A stretch of DNA of 64,000 bases, from assembly GCA_964106915.2 (NCBI GenBank), contig OZ066917.1, one strand, 5' to 3'. The first letter of the stretch is position 1; the number at the start of each line of letters is the position of its first letter. The translations under genes and the position numbers were made by a program. Source of the DNA: Podarcis gaigeae (Eukaryota). The notes under the pieces were generated by a model. That model saw nothing but the letters and a program-made list of their open reading frames with translations, was not told where the DNA came from and made no database searches. Of this stretch, positions 1 through 10,637 are shown one piece after another.

Positions 1-402
1 CATGGAACCCCATCCTGGTGTTCACACACAGGCAGCCGCGTACCATGAGCTCCCAGCACCCGGGATGGGCATGCGTGCTGGGGGGAGCATGTGTGTGTGC
101 CAGGGAATGGGTCACAAAGGGTGGAGGGTGGAGGATCTCACCCCAGCCCCCTAGCCCTCACCTCTGACACCGCCAGAGCGACCCCCACACAAGAAGAGCC
201 ACACAGTGTTGCCTGCCCACCCACACAGGAGGAGCCTGGCCACTCAACACAGTACTTGGCAGGCATGAATGAGGCACACCCACAGCAGTGCCCCCAGCAT
301 GGCCTGACACGGTGCTCCTCTCTGTTGGTTCCGCTGACTCTGGGAGAGGTATGTAACAAAGGAAATCCCCTGTGTTGCAAAAACAGACAACATTAAGCAA
401 TA

Positions 403-637
403 CAGTCATACCTCGGGTTGAAGTTGCTTCAGGTTGAGCGCTTTCGGGTTGCGCTCCACAGCGACCCGGAAGTAACAGAACATGTTACTTCCAGGTTTCG
501 CCGCTCGCGCATGTGCAGACGGTCAAAATGATGTCATGCACGGAAGCGGCAAATCGCGCATGGATGCAGGTTGCGGTCGCTTCAGGATGCGAACAGGGTT
601 CTGGAATGGATCCTGTTCATATCCAGAGGTACCACTG
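403..637. mobile_element. Tc1/mariner (pogo/Tigger-like) MITE
   Basis: TIRs CAGTCATACCTCGG ... CCAGAGGTACCACTG flanked by TA on both sides; same family recurs in the window. Confidence 0.75.
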
Positions 638-894
638 TATTGTTATTTTTTTAAAAAAATAATATCACTTTTATTAATTTTCCAATAAAAAAAACATCCA
701 ATTAATATATCCAATCATAATCCAATTAAAATAAAAAACTAAAATAAAGAAGACCAAATTATAATCCAAATTATAATTATTAATTTTTTGGAGCTCCCCA
801 TAGTCTGGACCTCTGAAGCATATCTCCACATCTCAGTCCTGCCTCTCCTAAGCAATATTGTTATTTAAGCAATAACAGGCAACACGAACATAAT

Positions 895-1463
895 TGTGCT
901 GGTCCAGGGGTGAGGTTACCGTGGGGCGAGGTCCAGGACCTGAGTTGAGGGTCGCCAGACAGTTCTTCTCGGGCAAAGCGGGGTCCACAGCGAGGAGCCG
1001 GGCAAGGACAGGAACTCTGGGGGAACAGGACTGGGTGTTGGCCGAAACAGCTCTTCAACGACGTTGCTCCCGCAACCTGGGACTGGGCTGACTGGTCTTT
1101 ATCTTCTCTGAGGCCAGGGGTGGTCCCGGCCCCCAGGAGACCCGCCTCTCCTGGCCTTAAGGCGAGCACTCCTCCTGGGAGAAACCAGTTCCCTCCGCCT
1201 CTCTGCTCTGAGCCTCTGCAGTTCAGGAGAGGCTGAAGGGTTACTGGACCCAGGGGGAGACTCACCTGTAGGCACTGAGTCCTCAACCAAACTCCGGAGC
1301 CAGAGTGAATTCACCTGGTGCCTGCTCCTGAGGATCCGGTACAGGTGCAGGCGCTTCAGAATCAAGGCCCTGCCCCAGTTCAGCCGGCCCTGGAGGTGGG
1401 GACTCCTGTGCAGGCTGGGATTCCTCCGGTTCAGCCTCTGAATCGGATTCCCAGGCCATCACA
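895..1463. mobile_element. solo LTR (Gypsy/ERV-like)
   Basis: TG...CA ends (TGTGCTGGTCC / GGCCATCACA); exact 5-bp TSD ATAAT at 890-894 and 1464-1468. Confidence 0.7.
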
Positions 1464-1479
1464 ATAATGTTCTTGTGTA

Positions 1480-2040
1480 TATAATTTTTTATTAATTTTC
1501 AACTTTTAACAATTATATAATACCATAACATAACAACCATTATATCATTTGCTCTGCCGAGCTTTCGACTTCCCTCCATCCTTTTTGTGGTTTCCTTTTG
1601 TTACATTTTATTTTGCACATTTATAACATCTCCATCCTATATTTAACGTTACTTGTCTGAAATAGAATGTTGATTCTTCTCATGAAGTGAGCCCTATCTC
1701 AGTCCTGCTAGTGTCTTTTATGTGTAGAGTGAGTCTCTAAGTATAATATAAATTGAGTCCAGTCATTCTGGAACGCTTGCTCACTCTGGTTCCAGATGTG
1801 TCCGGTCAGCTTTGCCGTTTCCGCATACTCCGTTACTTTCGCCTGCCATTCTTCTATTGTTGGTAGTTCCTGCTGTTTCCATTTTTGGGCTCGTAAAATT
1901 CTTGCTGCCGTTGTAGCATACATAAACAGTTTTTGATCTATTTTTGGTATTTCCACTCCAATCATTCCTAATAGAAATGCTTCAGGTCTCTTTGGAAAGG
2001 TGTAGCTGAACATTTTTTAAAAACTCATTATATATATTGA
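1480..2040 (-). mobile_element. L1 LINE 3' fragment (ORF2 C-terminus + 3' UTR)
   Basis: ORF 1708-2013 (FPKRPEAFLLG...[12 protein letters not shown]...LPTIEEWQ) is homologous to the L1 ORF2 end at 47957-49172; boundaries approximate. Confidence 0.8.
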
Positions 2041-2167
2041 GGCTAATAATGATCTAACAATATATATATAACCTGTAATATTTCACAATTCTTAAACAGA
2101 GAATATATGATGAAGATACAAATAATAAAATAAATCAATATTGTATGAACAAAATATGGAAGGTAAT

Positions 2168-2575
2168 TGTCAGGGAACTGCCATCGGAAGGGAAGGTGGT
2201 GGAAGGGCTCACGGAGGCTAGGAGAGACCTAGCAGCAGAGGAGGGAACCAGCAGGGGGAGAGAAGGAGCTCTGAGGGAAAGTGAGTCGGAGGGATGGCTC
2301 AGGGACACTTCTAGCGAAAACAGTGAGGAGGTTTCAGGACCTCCTATAGGGACACCCACCCCTCGCCGGAAACTGTCGCGCCGAGAGTCCAGAAGACGCG
2401 TTTCCGTTAAGGAGCTTTTATGTTGGAAGAGATTCCGCAAACGCCCACTGTCAGATTCTGCCAGCGACTGAGGGAGCCATGCTTAAGGGGCTCCGCTATA
2501 GACAGAGCTTTGCTAATCTGGGCAAACTCTGAGGGACTACGCTTTTACGCACAAGCAGCTCATCATCCCATCACA
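2168..2575. mobile_element. solo LTR (Gypsy/ERV-like)
   Basis: TGTCAGGGA ... TCCCATCACA ends; exact 5-bp TSD GTAAT at 2163-2167 and 2576-2580. Confidence 0.7.
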
Positions 2576-3566
2576 GTAATCAATCAATATCACAGAGGCA
2601 AACAAGCCTTTCAATAGTCCCAATCCTGTAATCATGCGATAATAGAAACTCCAAGCGTAGCAATTCTTGAACAGAGAATATGTAATAGATTTGCAGAAAA
2701 TAAAACTCTATCACTCTTGCATGAACAAATTTAGACAATATAGTCCATTGGTAACCTCTCTATTGGTTCCACTGACACTGGGAGAGGAACACTGCACCAG
2801 CGGTGCCTGCATTGCACCCCCTCAAAAATATGCACCCTGGACCACTGCTCCACTGCCTCCCCTACACTGTGCCCTTGCACATTGGCAGATATGTCTGTAG
2901 AAAGGACTCTGCATTGTATATGCTTCAGCAAGCACACAAAGTATAGCACCTTAAAGGCAGATGACTTATGCCTCTGGAGAAGGTGGTGGTGCATGAATAT
3001 TGCTGCATGAATTTTCACTGACAAAACCACACCACCGCCCCTTCTCCAGAGGCATAAGGCATGCTCAGTTCACACAGATTTATAAGTATGGGGAGGGGGA
3101 TGTAAATAGTGGAGGAGGGAGGAAGACCAAAAATGCAAGAGGTGAAGTCTGTGGTGTTTCTCTAAGAAGCTCAGAAGTGACTTCAGCTTGCATTGCCGTT
3201 GATCACAGAAGCACCACCAGATGGCATCAGACACTCTTCCCATCCAACGATGAGTCACTTAGCTGAAAATGACAACTAAACTCAAGCCCAAGAAAATACA
3301 ATCCTCTTCTTGGTATTATTTGTGTAGAATGGAATATGATGTGACTGCATAATAAAATATTATATAGCCAATGATTTCAGTTAAATAGGAGCCACAGTTT
3401 TATGCATTGGGTCTGACAAAAAAGAACATTGCAAGAATTGGGAGTTTGAGGACCCCCTCACAAGACTATCCTGTGAAAAGGTATGTTGAATGATGACACC
3501 ACTTTTCCCCAATGGCATTTTTCCTTTTCTTTTATGAATAAGCTGTTGCCCCCACCTGGAGATATT

Positions 3567-3806
3567 AAGGTAAAGGTAAAGGGACCCCTAACCATTAGGA
3601 AGCCGGCGTTTGTCCGCAGGCAGCTTCCGGGTCATGTGGCTGGCATGACTAAGCCGCTTCTGGCAAACCACAGAAGCGCACGGAAACTCCGTTTACCTTC
3701 CCGCCAGAGCGGTACCTATTTATCTACTTGCACTTTGACGTGCTTTTGAACTGCTAGGTTGGCAGGAGCAGGGACCGAGCAACGGGAGCTCACCCCGTCA
3801 CGGGGA
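3567..3806 (-). mobile_element. Sauria SINE (Squam1), 5'-truncated and internally deleted
   Basis: AAGGTAAAGGTAAAGGG is the reverse complement of the (ACCTTT)n tail; body matches the copies at 4313-4640 and 54380-54731. Confidence 0.85.
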
Positions 3807-4312
3807 AGCTTAGGCTAATAATGATTTTATCTCCTTTTCCTTTTATGATTAACTCTCACTCCTCTGGCTTACTGGGACATTGCTAACACCATTAAAACTA
3901 CGGATTCTAAAAGTTTTTAGAAAGTTGCTTTGAGACTTTTTCTCATATAAACCACCGACAAATAAATTAAATAAAACAGCAACCATTATAACAATCTCAT
4001 TCGGAGGCCACCCTCTGAGACACCTTTATGAGAACTGTGATTCCTCATGTTGTTTAATTATAACAGCCAGTTGAAATTCCTACATCACAGGGGGTTGGAC
4101 TAGATGACCCTTCATCTCTTCCAACTCTACAATTCTACAATATTCCACAACCGGCTGCTACCACCAAGAGCATCTTCTTCCCGGTAGTCACCTGCCTCAT
4201 TTCACTTGCCAGAAGCATCTGAAGAAGCACCTCTGAAGAGGATGTCAAGACTCAGGTAGGTATACATGGGAGAAAGTGGCTGGTCTCAAATGGTTTAGAG
4301 CTTTTAAGGTCA

Positions 4313-4640
4313 AAACCACAGAGCCTAGGACTTGCCGATCAGAAGGTCGGCAGTTCGAATCCCCGCGACGGGTTGAGCTCCCGTTGCTTGGTCCCAGCTC
4401 CTGCCAACCTAGCAGTTTGAAAGCACATCAAAGTGCAAGTAGATAAATAGGTACCGCTCCGGTGGGAAGGTAAACGGCATTTCCGTGTGCAGCACTGGTT
4501 CGCCAGAACTTAGTCATGCTGGCCACATGACCCGGAAGCTGTACGCCGGCTCCCTTGGCCAATAAAGCGAGATGAGCGCCGCAACCCCAGAGTCGGTCAC
4601 GACTGGACCTAATGGTCAGGGGTCCCTTTACCTTTACCTT
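4313..4640 (+). mobile_element. Sauria SINE (Squam1)
   Basis: tRNA-like B box GTTCGAATCC, conserved body, CCTTTACCTTTACCTT tail. Confidence 0.9.
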
Positions 4641-4854
4641 ACCAGCTTAGAACCACCCTTTGGTGTATTTTTTAAAGCATCCTAACATCTTTCCAAAAGG
4701 CAAACCAGAAGCGTTCTACCAGGTTTAGATACCAGAAAATAGGGAGCAGCCCTGGTCACTAGCAAAGGTGGGAGTGAATGAGAGTCATCTATTTATTTTT
4801 TTCTTATTATGATTCGCCAATATAACATATACACCCAAGCTTTCTCAATATTTA

Positions 4855-5712
4855 GTGAGCTGTTTTATTGTGACTGCCTCACATATTCATAGGTGGATGA
4901 ACCGCAGACAAATTACTATGTCCTTGTCTCAGCTCCTGAATTACCATTACCGAAATGTAGATCTAGAAAATTTCCACTTCCTGCCTACCTTGAGAAACAC
5001 CATGCGCCTATTTATGACCTTTAGGTCATCAACCCTCCCATCTCGACTCATGGAGATAAAGGATACCCTATGGTGGTTCCATTCTCTCCGCCCAGTGAGG
5101 GTATTTAAGGATGAAACTAGGAGGCAATTGGTCCCTTGCATAGAGTCAAAGCTAATGTGGATAAAGGAAACCAAGCTCAACACTAGAAATACTAATTGCC
5201 CAAAAGAAGAAAAGAACTCCGTAAGCCTAGAATTACAAGACCTGAAGAAGAGGCTAATGAGTATAAAGACTGAGATTTCTACCCAAAATATAAGGACAGT
5301 AGAGCCTAGAGCACAATATTTAAAGACATCCAACAGCTCTTTATCCCATCGAAAGACATCAATGCAACTCCCTGTTCCCTTTTCAAACGACACCAAATTA
5401 GATGAGGAATTTGGCGCCTCCGACATTTCTATGGCAACAACACATAAAGAACTCTATGTTGCTGACAATCTGGAGATATCCAGCACCAAATCTACATCTG
5501 GACCTTTGCCTAATGTTCCAAAAACTTACCAGAATGATCAGCCTTCTCTACTGTACTCCTGGCGAGACAGGATGGACAGATCTTCCGAATTCGAATCTGG
5601 CTCTTTGTTGGCCAGTGATCCACATTTTATAACACATACCTCATTAATACTTCCACAGCCACAGATAGAACCAACAATCCTCCAATTAACCCAGGAGGGA
5701 GAGGGGGATTGA
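4855..5712 (+). CDS. putative LINE ORF1 (possibly 5'-incomplete)
   Basis: 285-codon ORF immediately upstream of ORF2, with a coiled-coil-like segment (SLELQDLKKRLMSIK); no recognised domain. Confidence 0.45.
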   Translation: MSCFIVTASHIHRWMNRRQITMSLSQLLNYHYRNVDLENFHFLPTLRNTMRLFMTFRSSTLPSRLMEIKDTLWWFHSLRPVRVFKDETRRQLVPCIESKLMWIKETKLNTRNTNCPKEEKNSVSLELQDLKKRLMSIKTEISTQNIRTVEPRAQYLKTSNSSLSHRKTSMQLPVPFSNDTKLDEEFGASDISMATTHKELYVADNLEISSTKSTSGPLPNVPKTYQNDQPSLLYSWRDRMDRSSEFESGSLLASDPHFITHTSLILPQPQIEPTILQLTQEGEGD

Positions 5713-5718
5713 CAGTTA

Positions 5719-8700
5719 ATGAAACACCATGGGACTGTCCCCCCCACTTGGGGTGCGGTTGGTTGGGTTTTATCTTCTAGGGATACTTACCCTATCAGAC
5801 CTCCACCTCTTTCCCATACCACTTTGACCCATGAGTCCTGGCCCAAGGATGACTTGTTATTGAGGGGATGTTACCCATCTATTGGGAAGGCTAGTATGGG
5901 ATCTGGGATTTCCACAATTGAAGGGCTAGGGAGGAATGGCGGTGGGGCTAGATATCTCTATCGGCGAAGGGTTTCGAGATGCAGTGACCCTCGAACCCCT
6001 TCCAATCTACGCCCCATCCCAAGGGATGAGGGTAGGGAGAGCAAGGATTACACACCTCTGTCATTGGTGCTGTGCAATGCCAGGTCCATAGGCAACAAAA
6101 CCGCCACCATGCGTGACTTTTTTGTCTCGCAGGGGATTGACCTGGCTTGCGTGACGGAGACCTGGGTACGGGAAGGCGAAGTAGTCTCCCTACATGAGAT
6201 AAAACCCCCAGGTTTCTCTGTCCTCCATCAATCGCGGACTGTGGGTCGGGGGGGAGGAGTAGCATTGTTATTCCGGGAGGATTGCTCTTTCAGAGCTCTG
6301 CCATCACCGGCGATCTCCGGCATTGAATGTGTTGGTCTCGTGTGGGGCACCAAGGAGAGCTTGGCTGTCTGGCTGGTGTACCGACCACCCAGCACACCTA
6401 CAGCCACCCTGTCAGACCTGCTGGAGGTGGTGGCGGGCTGGGCCTTGGAGTTCCCAAACCTACTGGTTTTGGGAGACTTCAACGTCCATGCCGATGCCGC
6501 TCCCTCCTCACAGGCTCTGGACCTAGTGACTTCCATGGCAACACTAGGGCTCTCCCAGGTTGTTTTGGGCCCCACTCATCAAGCAGGCCACACGTTGGAT
6601 CTGATCTTTGGGGCTGGCATAGATGTGATCATGCTCCCTGCTGTGGAAGTGCCATGGTCTGATCACTATGCTCTGAAAGCCAAGATAGACTTCCCGCTCC
6701 TCCCCAGCTCGGGTGGCGAGCCCATTTGGGCTCGTCCGCGAAAACTGATGGAACCTGATAGATTCCGACAAGCCTTGCGGAACCCTGCTCCTCCTGGCGA
6801 CTCATTAGATGACCTTGTTGAGGACTGGAATAACCGGCTCTTGGCAGCCATTGATGAGATCGCGCCTAAGCGCCCTCTGCGACCCCGTCGAAACCGGGCC
6901 CCTTGGTTTACTGAGGAGCTCCAGAAAATGAAGTGGGATCTCAGACGACTAGAGCGAGTATGGCGACGGACTCGTGACGGAGCCTCAAGAACATCTTATA
7001 GGACGCTTATGAAAGCCTATGAGTTGGCTATGAAAGCTGCTAAGAAATCTTACTTTGCAGCTTCCATTGCATCCGCTAGCTCTCACCCGGCACAACTTTT
7101 TAAAATGATTAGGTCAATAACGTCCTTAGGAGGACAACCAAATTTAAGCACAAATTCAACCCACAGCTGTGAGGCATTCGCGAGTTTTTTTGCGGAGAAA
7201 GTCCTGTTGCTCCGCCGTGACCTCCCTACCAATTTAGATACAGTGACTGAACTGGAGGCCCCTCGACTGACTTCAGGTCCAGTGTTGGACCATTTCGATC
7301 GGATACTCCCTACTGATGTGGATAGATTCCTCCAAGTTGGTAGGCCCACCACCTGCCTCCTTGATCCGTGCCCGTCTTGGCTGATTAGGGAGTGTCCAGA
7401 TGTTGTGCGGACCCCCCTGGTTGAAATTATCAATTTGTCCCTTGACACAGGGACATTCCCAGGGGAATTGAAGGAAGCAGTGGTGTGTCCACTCTTAAAA
7501 AAAACTTCATTAGATCCCTTAGACCTATCCAATTACCGCCCAGTTTCAAATCTTCCATACCTGGGTAAGGTAATTGAGAGAGCGGTTGCTGAACAGCTTG
7601 GTAGGTTTCTGGAGGAAACATCGGCATTAGATCCATTTCAGTCCGGTTTCCGTCCTGGTTTTGGGACGGAGACGGCTCTGGTTGCCCTAACAGATGATCT
7701 CCGTAGACAACTGGATAGAGGCGGGTCAGGACTGCTGATCCTTTTAGATTTGTCAGCAGCCTTTGACATGGTCGATCATGATCTTCTGGACCACCGCCTT
7801 GCAGATGTAGGGATACAGGGCATAGCCCGTAACTGGTTGTGCTCTTTTATCTCTGATCGGGGACAGAGGGTGGCATTAGGGAGGGAAATGTCGTCGCGCC
7901 ACTCCTTGGTGTGTGGAGTGCCGCAGGGCGCAATTCTCTCCCCGATGCTTTTTAACATCTTTATGCGCCCCCTTGCCCAGATTATCCGGAGCTTTGGGCT
8001 GGGCTGTCACCAATATGCTGATGACACTCAGCTCTATCTGCTGATGGATGGCCACACTGACTCGGCCCCGAACACACTGACCAGATGCTTGGAAGCTGTG
8101 GCTGGATGGTTTCGTGGGAGCCGATTGAAACTAAATCCTTCGAAGACAGAGGTCCTATGGCTAGGTCGGGATGGCATGGGGATGAGGGACCAACTCCCTT
8201 CTCTTGCGGGGGCCCAATTAGTGCCATTGCCTTCCATTAAGAGTTTGGGTGTAATCCTTGATGCCTCCCTTTCCATGGAGGCGCAAGTTACAGCAACAGC
8301 CAAGGCGACATTTTTCCACCTTCGCCGCATCAAGCAGTTGGTACCTTACCTTTCCCGCCCCGACCTGGCCACAGTGATCCATGCGACGGTCATCTCCAGG
8401 CTTGACTACTGTAATTCGCTCTATGCGGGGCTGCCCTTGAAGCTGTCCCAGAAACTCCAGCGGGTACAGAATGCTGCAGCGAGGCTCCTCACGGGGTCTC
8501 TGCCATGGGAGCATATTCACCCAGTGCTTTTTAACCTGCACTGGCTCCCGGTGGAGTACAGGGTCAGATTTAAGGTGCTGCTTTTGACCTTTAAAGCCCT
8601 TCACGGCCTAGGACCCTCGTACCTACGTGACCGCCTCTCCTGGTATGCCCCACGGAGAGCCTCAAGGTCCATAAATAATAACACCCTAGTGGTCCCAGGC

Positions 8701-8799
8701 CCTAAAGAAGTTAGATTGGCTTCAACCAGAGCCAGGGCCTTTTCAACTCTGGCTCCGGCCTGGTGGAACGCTCTGCCTCATGAGACCAGGGCCCTGTAG
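5719..8799 (+). CDS. LINE L2 ORF2: apurinic endonuclease + reverse transcriptase
   Basis: APE motifs (LCNARS, VTETW, VYRPP, GDFN, HTLDL, SDH); RT motifs (QSGFR, LDLSAAFD, GVPQGAILSP, YADD); L2-type tail LHWLPVEYRVRFKVLLLTFKAL. Confidence 0.93.
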   Translation: MKHHGTVPPTWGAVGWVLSSRDTYPIRPPPLSHTTLTHESWPKDDLLLRGCYPSIGKASMGSGISTIEGLGRNGGGARYLYRRRVSRCSDPRTPSNLRPIPRDEGRESKDYTPLSLVLCNARSIGNKTATMRDFFVSQGIDLACVTETWVREGEVVSLHEIKPPGFSVLHQSRTVGRGGGVALLFREDCSFRALPSPAISGIECVGLVWGTKESLAVWLVYRPPSTPTATLSDLLEVVAGWALEFPNLLVLGDFNVHADAAPSSQALDLVTSMATLGLSQVVLGPTHQAGHTLDLIFGAGIDVIMLPAVEVPWSDHYALKAKIDFPLLPSSGGEPIWARPRKLMEPDRFRQALRNPAPPGDSLDDLVEDWNNRLLAAIDEIAPKRPLRPRRNRAPWFTEELQKMKWDLRRLERVWRRTRDGASRTSYRTLMKAYELAMKAAKKSYFAASIASASSHPAQLFKMIRSITSLGGQPNLSTNSTHSCEAFASFFAEKVLLLRRDLPTNLDTVTELEAPRLTSGPVLDHFDRILPTDVDRFLQVGRPTTCLLDPCPSWLIRECPDVVRTPLVEIINLSLDTGTFPGELKEAVVCPLLKKTSLDPLDLSNYRPVSNLPYLGKVIERAVAEQLGRFLEETSALDPFQSGFRPGFGTETALVALTDDLRRQLDRGGSGLLILLDLSAAFDMVDHDLLDHRLADVGIQGIARNWLCSFISDRGQRVALGREMSSRHSLVCGVPQGAILSPMLFNIFMRPLAQIIRSFGLGCHQYADDTQLYLLMDGHTDSAPNTLTRCLEAVAGWFRGSRLKLNPSKTEVLWLGRDGMGMRDQLPSLAGAQLVPLPSIKSLGVILDASLSMEAQVTATAKATFFHLRRIKQLVPYLSRPDLATVIHATVISRLDYCNSLYAGLPLKLSQKLQRVQNAAARLLTGSLPWEHIHPVLFNLHWLPVEYRVRFKVLLLTFKALHGLGPSYLRDRLSWYAPRRASRSINNNTLVVPGPKEVRLASTRARAFSTLAPAWWNALPHETRAL

Positions 8800-9079
8800 G
8801 ATCTGATTTCTTTCCACAGGGCGTGTAAGACAGAGTTGTTCCGCCTGGCCTTTGGCTTGGAGCCAATTTGATTCCCTCTCTCTCTCTCTCTCTTTCCTCT
8901 TTCTTTCTTTTCCTTCTCCTCCTGCGATGAGGCTACATTTTAATATTTTAATGTTCCATTATTTTAATGTTGTATTTTATTTTTGTTTTTAAGTTGTAAT
9001 CATTCATCTTGTTTTTATTTTTGCTTGTAAGCCACTCTGAGCCCGGCCTTGGCTAGGGAGGGCGGGGTATAAATAAAAA

Positions 9080-9125
<46 letters not shown>

Positions 9126-10262
9126 CTCATGATGTAAAAAGGTTCAACGAGTTTCCTTTTTCCCTTAATGGTCTTGAAGTATTTTGATATGTGTTTTCCA
9201 TACATGTCACCTCCCTTAACCCAGCAACAGAATTAGAACTTTATCTTCAAGCCAGTCATGTCTGTCTCACTTTTATCAGATGGACTGAGTCATTTTTCAT
9301 TTGAATTTCCACTACATTTTTAAGTGTCACAACAGCAAACTGGCCCTCGGAGCTCAGTTTCAGAATTCCAGTGGCCACAATGCATAAAATATGTAGCAAA
9401 TAAATATATTCTGTTTTTATTATTCTAGTCTATATAAACAGATTTTTCAAATAAATAATCATAATATTGGGCAACGTAGCTTAAATCCTGAAGATCCTAC
9501 TGAAGATTTTATATGAACGTAATATAGAATCCAGCAGGCAATTCTCTGTTCACACAGAAACATTCTGAGTTCACATTCTAAAAAGTCTGGTGTTGTTTGT
9601 CCAAAATATATTTCATCTGTTCAGAGGGCTTTCTTCAGGAAATGGTTCCACTACAACTTGTTCCTGAGTATAGGAATAGCTTGCACCCGTCGTGCATCCA
9701 GGACATACAGAAAGAACCTATCAACAGAGACAGATTTTACTTTAAAGATGGTGAACTAGATGGGCAGTTCAAGAACGCTGACTTTTGCATGTAAATGTGT
9801 TCTCTTCAGAAACTGCAGCAAGGAAATATCTTCTCACATTGACCATATATATTGGCTTCAAACCATTGGCAAGTATGATTACATCTAAAGATGCAAAGGA
9901 GTTTAGTTTTTCCAGCAGGGCCATCCCTACTATTACGCAGAGGACCTCGGAGAGCAGGTGCTGGTAAGAACTGGTGGCCTGCTTCAATGGTCCCCTTTAT
10001 TGGAGTTGCATGTCCTACATGGTCTACCCATCATCCCCTAAGCTAGTCTGCTGTTCCATCACCAGTTCTGAAATCAGATTCAACTGCTAGTCCAGTAGAC
10101 TTCTGTACACAGAATGGAGAAAGGGCACCTTCTAGTATTGCAGCTTAGGCTGGAAAGTTTATGAACCATTCCTGCTGTAAAGCTTGTACCAATTTTTCTC
10201 TTCCTTCTCTGTCACATCTACAGAATGTTGAAGCATTACAAACATTCTGAGGTGGCAAGTTA

Positions 10263-10331
10263 CTAGTGAACTTCATGATGGTTGCCACCTAAGGATGCTC
10301 TGTAGGACAGCAAAATCAATTGCCTCAATAT
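10263..10331 (-). CDS. CD200: CD200 probable terminal coding exon
   Basis: Acceptor TTTTATGTTCTAG, phase 0, ILRQLILLSYRASLGGNHHEVH*; a second downstream CAG acceptor is possible. Confidence 0.45.
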   Translation of the reverse strand: MLRQLILLSYRASLGGNHHEVH

Positions 10332-10557
10332 CTAGAACATAAAAGAGGCTGGATGGTAAACTTAAGAAGGCATTAAGAAGTTTGGAGGTTTTTTAAATAA
10401 AACAAACAAAAAACAAAATGCAGCAATATTTTAGAATTCAAATTCTACTTTTGCATCTTGTTTTTGAAATTCAGTTTTCTGGCTGTGTAGAAGCCTGAAA
10501 TCTTAAGTCTTCTGGATAATTTTTTTAAAAAAACTTTTTTGTACAACTTTGTCAAAT

Positions 10558-10600
<43 letters not shown>

Positions 10601-10601
10601 G

Positions 10602-10637
<36 letters not shown>

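Larger units (their letters stand above)
4855..9120 (+). mobile_element. L2-clade LINE, near full length (ORF1-like + APE-RT ORF2 + 3' UTR with (TTA)n tail)
   Basis: Two tandem ORFs 6 nt apart, L2-type ORF2 C-terminus, GC-rich 3' terminal motif then (TTA)n at 9081-9120; 5' boundary and TSD not identified. Confidence 0.9.

Noticed and set aside
1-400. GC-rich ORFs at the window start
   Set aside because: Low-complexity peptides without recognisable homology; truncated by the window edge
5948-8604. Multiple antisense or alternate-frame ORFs
   Set aside because: Shadows of the GC-rich L2 ORF2
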